Origin: a virus
Lineage: Duplodnaviria > Caudoviricetes
DNA: 44,998 nucleotides
IMG/VR virus record: IMGVR_UViG_3300038318_000509
Coordinates: 1 to 44,998 of that record
Reading direction: 5' to 3' (one strand)
Of this stretch, positions 43,636 to 44,998 are shown one piece after another (the first letter of the stretch is position 1; the number at the start of each line of letters is the position of its first letter). The notes under the pieces were generated by a model, which was not told the origin of the DNA, ran no database searches, and saw nothing but the letters and a program-made list of their open reading frames with translations. Both the position numbers and the translations under genes were made by a program.

Positions 43636-44998
43636 GTGTGTTGACGAAGGCATTAGTGGCGACGTGTTAGAGCGCCCCGGCCTTACAAGAGCACGACAGT
43701 TGATCCGCGATGGCGGTATATCGTTTTTTGTCTGTTATGATCCGGACAGGCTGGCGAGAAAACTAGCCCATCAACTGTTAATAACCGATGAGATCGAAAA
43801 ATCAGGATGCAAGTTGGTGTTTGTGAACTTCGACTGGAAAAATACTCCTGAAGGGCGGTTGTTTTATTCTCTAAGAGGGGCAATCGCAGAGTTTGAGAAG
43901 GAAAAAATCAAAGAACGCACCATGAGAGGTTTAAGGCAGAAAGCCAAACAAGGAGGTTTGACGCATGACCCTCGAGCGTACGGCTACGAGTACAATTCCA
44001 AATCAAACAACCTGGACATCGTCCCAGAGGAAGCTGAAGTTTACATGATGATGTCTAAGTGGTTTCTGCAAGAACAGCTTGGTTATAGCGGTATTGCAGT
44101 CCGCCTTACCGAGATGGGTATTCCCACCAAGCGAGGGGCCAAAACATGGGCCGCCACTACGGTTACCAGGATTATGACTAGTCCTCTCTATAAGGGGGAG
44201 CTCTGGCTCCAGAGATATGATACAGTTGGGAAGAGAAACAATCGGTACCGTAGGCCCGAGGATAAAGTTGTGCCACGAGAACGCCCCAGGGACCAATGGG
44301 TGTTAATCGAAGTTCCCGCCATTATTGACGAGGTCACCTATCAAGCCCACTTAAAGCAAGCTGAAAGGATTTCAAGGCTATATAAGAAGCGTACTTTCCA
44401 TGGCCATTACCTATTGAGTGGCTTGCTCCGATGCGGGCTATGTGGAGCTGCCATGAGCGGGACTACAACAAGAGGTCGAAGGTATTACAGGTGTAATTCC
44501 CGCAATCGTTCCAACAAGACCTGCTCGCTTGACTACTTTAAAGCCGAAATTCTAGAGAGGCCTGTCTGGAAAGAAGTGTCTCAGTGGCTAGAACATCCGG
44601 AATCATTAATTGCTGCACTAAAGTCTCAAACGGAGCATCCAAGTAGTGATCTTGATCTAACTGTTACACAAAGACATCTTGATGAGGCAACGAAGGAACG
44701 GGCCCGATTAATCGACCTTGTCCAAAAGGGCCTAGCGTCAGTCGACGAAGTATCAGACCGAATGCGAGAGCTCGGAGAGCGAATGACAAGACTAAGCACC
44801 ACGCTGGCTGAACAGAAAAGCAAACAGACCCCCTTGCATCTGCCTGAGATCCACGAAGTCGAGAACATACTACGCTCACTCAAAGAAACTATTAAAATAC
44901 TTGATTTTGATGAGAGGCAAAGAATAATCAGGGATTTAGTTGATCAAGTAATAGTGACACCCAATGAGCTGGTCATTCAAGCTAGGATTCCAGGTTAG
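43508..44998 (+). CDS. int: Large serine recombinase (integrase)
   Basis: YPRVSTEDQ (catalytic Ser), DEGISG, RPGL, DRLAR, recombinase domain, Zn ribbon LLSGLLRCGLCG...YYRC...C, coiled coil. Confidence 0.95.
   Translation: MSLAIIYPRVSTEDQARHGYSLPDQIAQCRAKAKELGATTIIECVDEGISGDVLERPGLTRARQLIRDGGISFFVCYDPDRLARKLAHQLLITDEIEKSGCKLVFVNFDWKNTPEGRLFYSLRGAIAEFEKEKIKERTMRGLRQKAKQGGLTHDPRAYGYEYNSKSNNLDIVPEEAEVYMMMSKWFLQEQLGYSGIAVRLTEMGIPTKRGAKTWAATTVTRIMTSPLYKGELWLQRYDTVGKRNNRYRRPEDKVVPRERPRDQWVLIEVPAIIDEVTYQAHLKQAERISRLYKKRTFHGHYLLSGLLRCGLCGAAMSGTTTRGRRYYRCNSRNRSNKTCSLDYFKAEILERPVWKEVSQWLEHPESLIAALKSQTEHPSSDLDLTVTQRHLDEATKERARLIDLVQKGLASVDEVSDRMRELGERMTRLSTTLAEQKSKQTPLHLPEIHEVENILRSLKETIKILDFDERQRIIRDLVDQVIVTPNELVIQARIPG

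Larger units (their letters stand above)
1..44998. mobile_element. Temperate siphovirus-type prophage (tail to integrase; lysis module and att sites not visible in window)
   Basis: Canonical module order: integrase, immunity, early/replication, late activator, terminase, portal, head, tail. Firmicute-type RBSs and ImmR/ImmA switch. Confidence 0.97.

Overview
The whole window is one temperate siphovirus-type prophage of a Firmicute (Bacillota) host. It runs from the distal tail region at the left edge to a large serine integrase whose stop codon is the last 3 nt. On the minus strand, read right to left: cro-like gene and small early genes; a replication/recombination block (SSB-like protein, DUF2303-like protein, SbcC/Rad50 split into three genes, SbcD, RecD2, primase-helicase and a GTTAC-repeat origin); RuvC-like resolvase; two membrane-anchored morons; late activator; terminase, portal, head and tail genes; and a lambda/GTA-style tail tip. 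On the plus strand: ImmR/ImmA-type immunity genes, three accessory genes and the integrase behind a probable LexA-controlled promoter. No lysis genes or att sites can be seen in the window. The most unusual signals are (i) two paralogous tRNA-shaped RNA elements with no recognisable anticodon arm that bracket the SSB-like gene, (ii) the three-part Rad50/SbcC, (iii) a DUF2292-like micro-ORF and a switchable attenuator in front of the late activator, (iv) an apparently split minor head gene interrupted by a DUF3892-like cassette, and (v) a tail tip typical of diderm-infecting phages on a phage with Firmicute-specific signals. All family assignments come from motif recognition by eye, not database searches.
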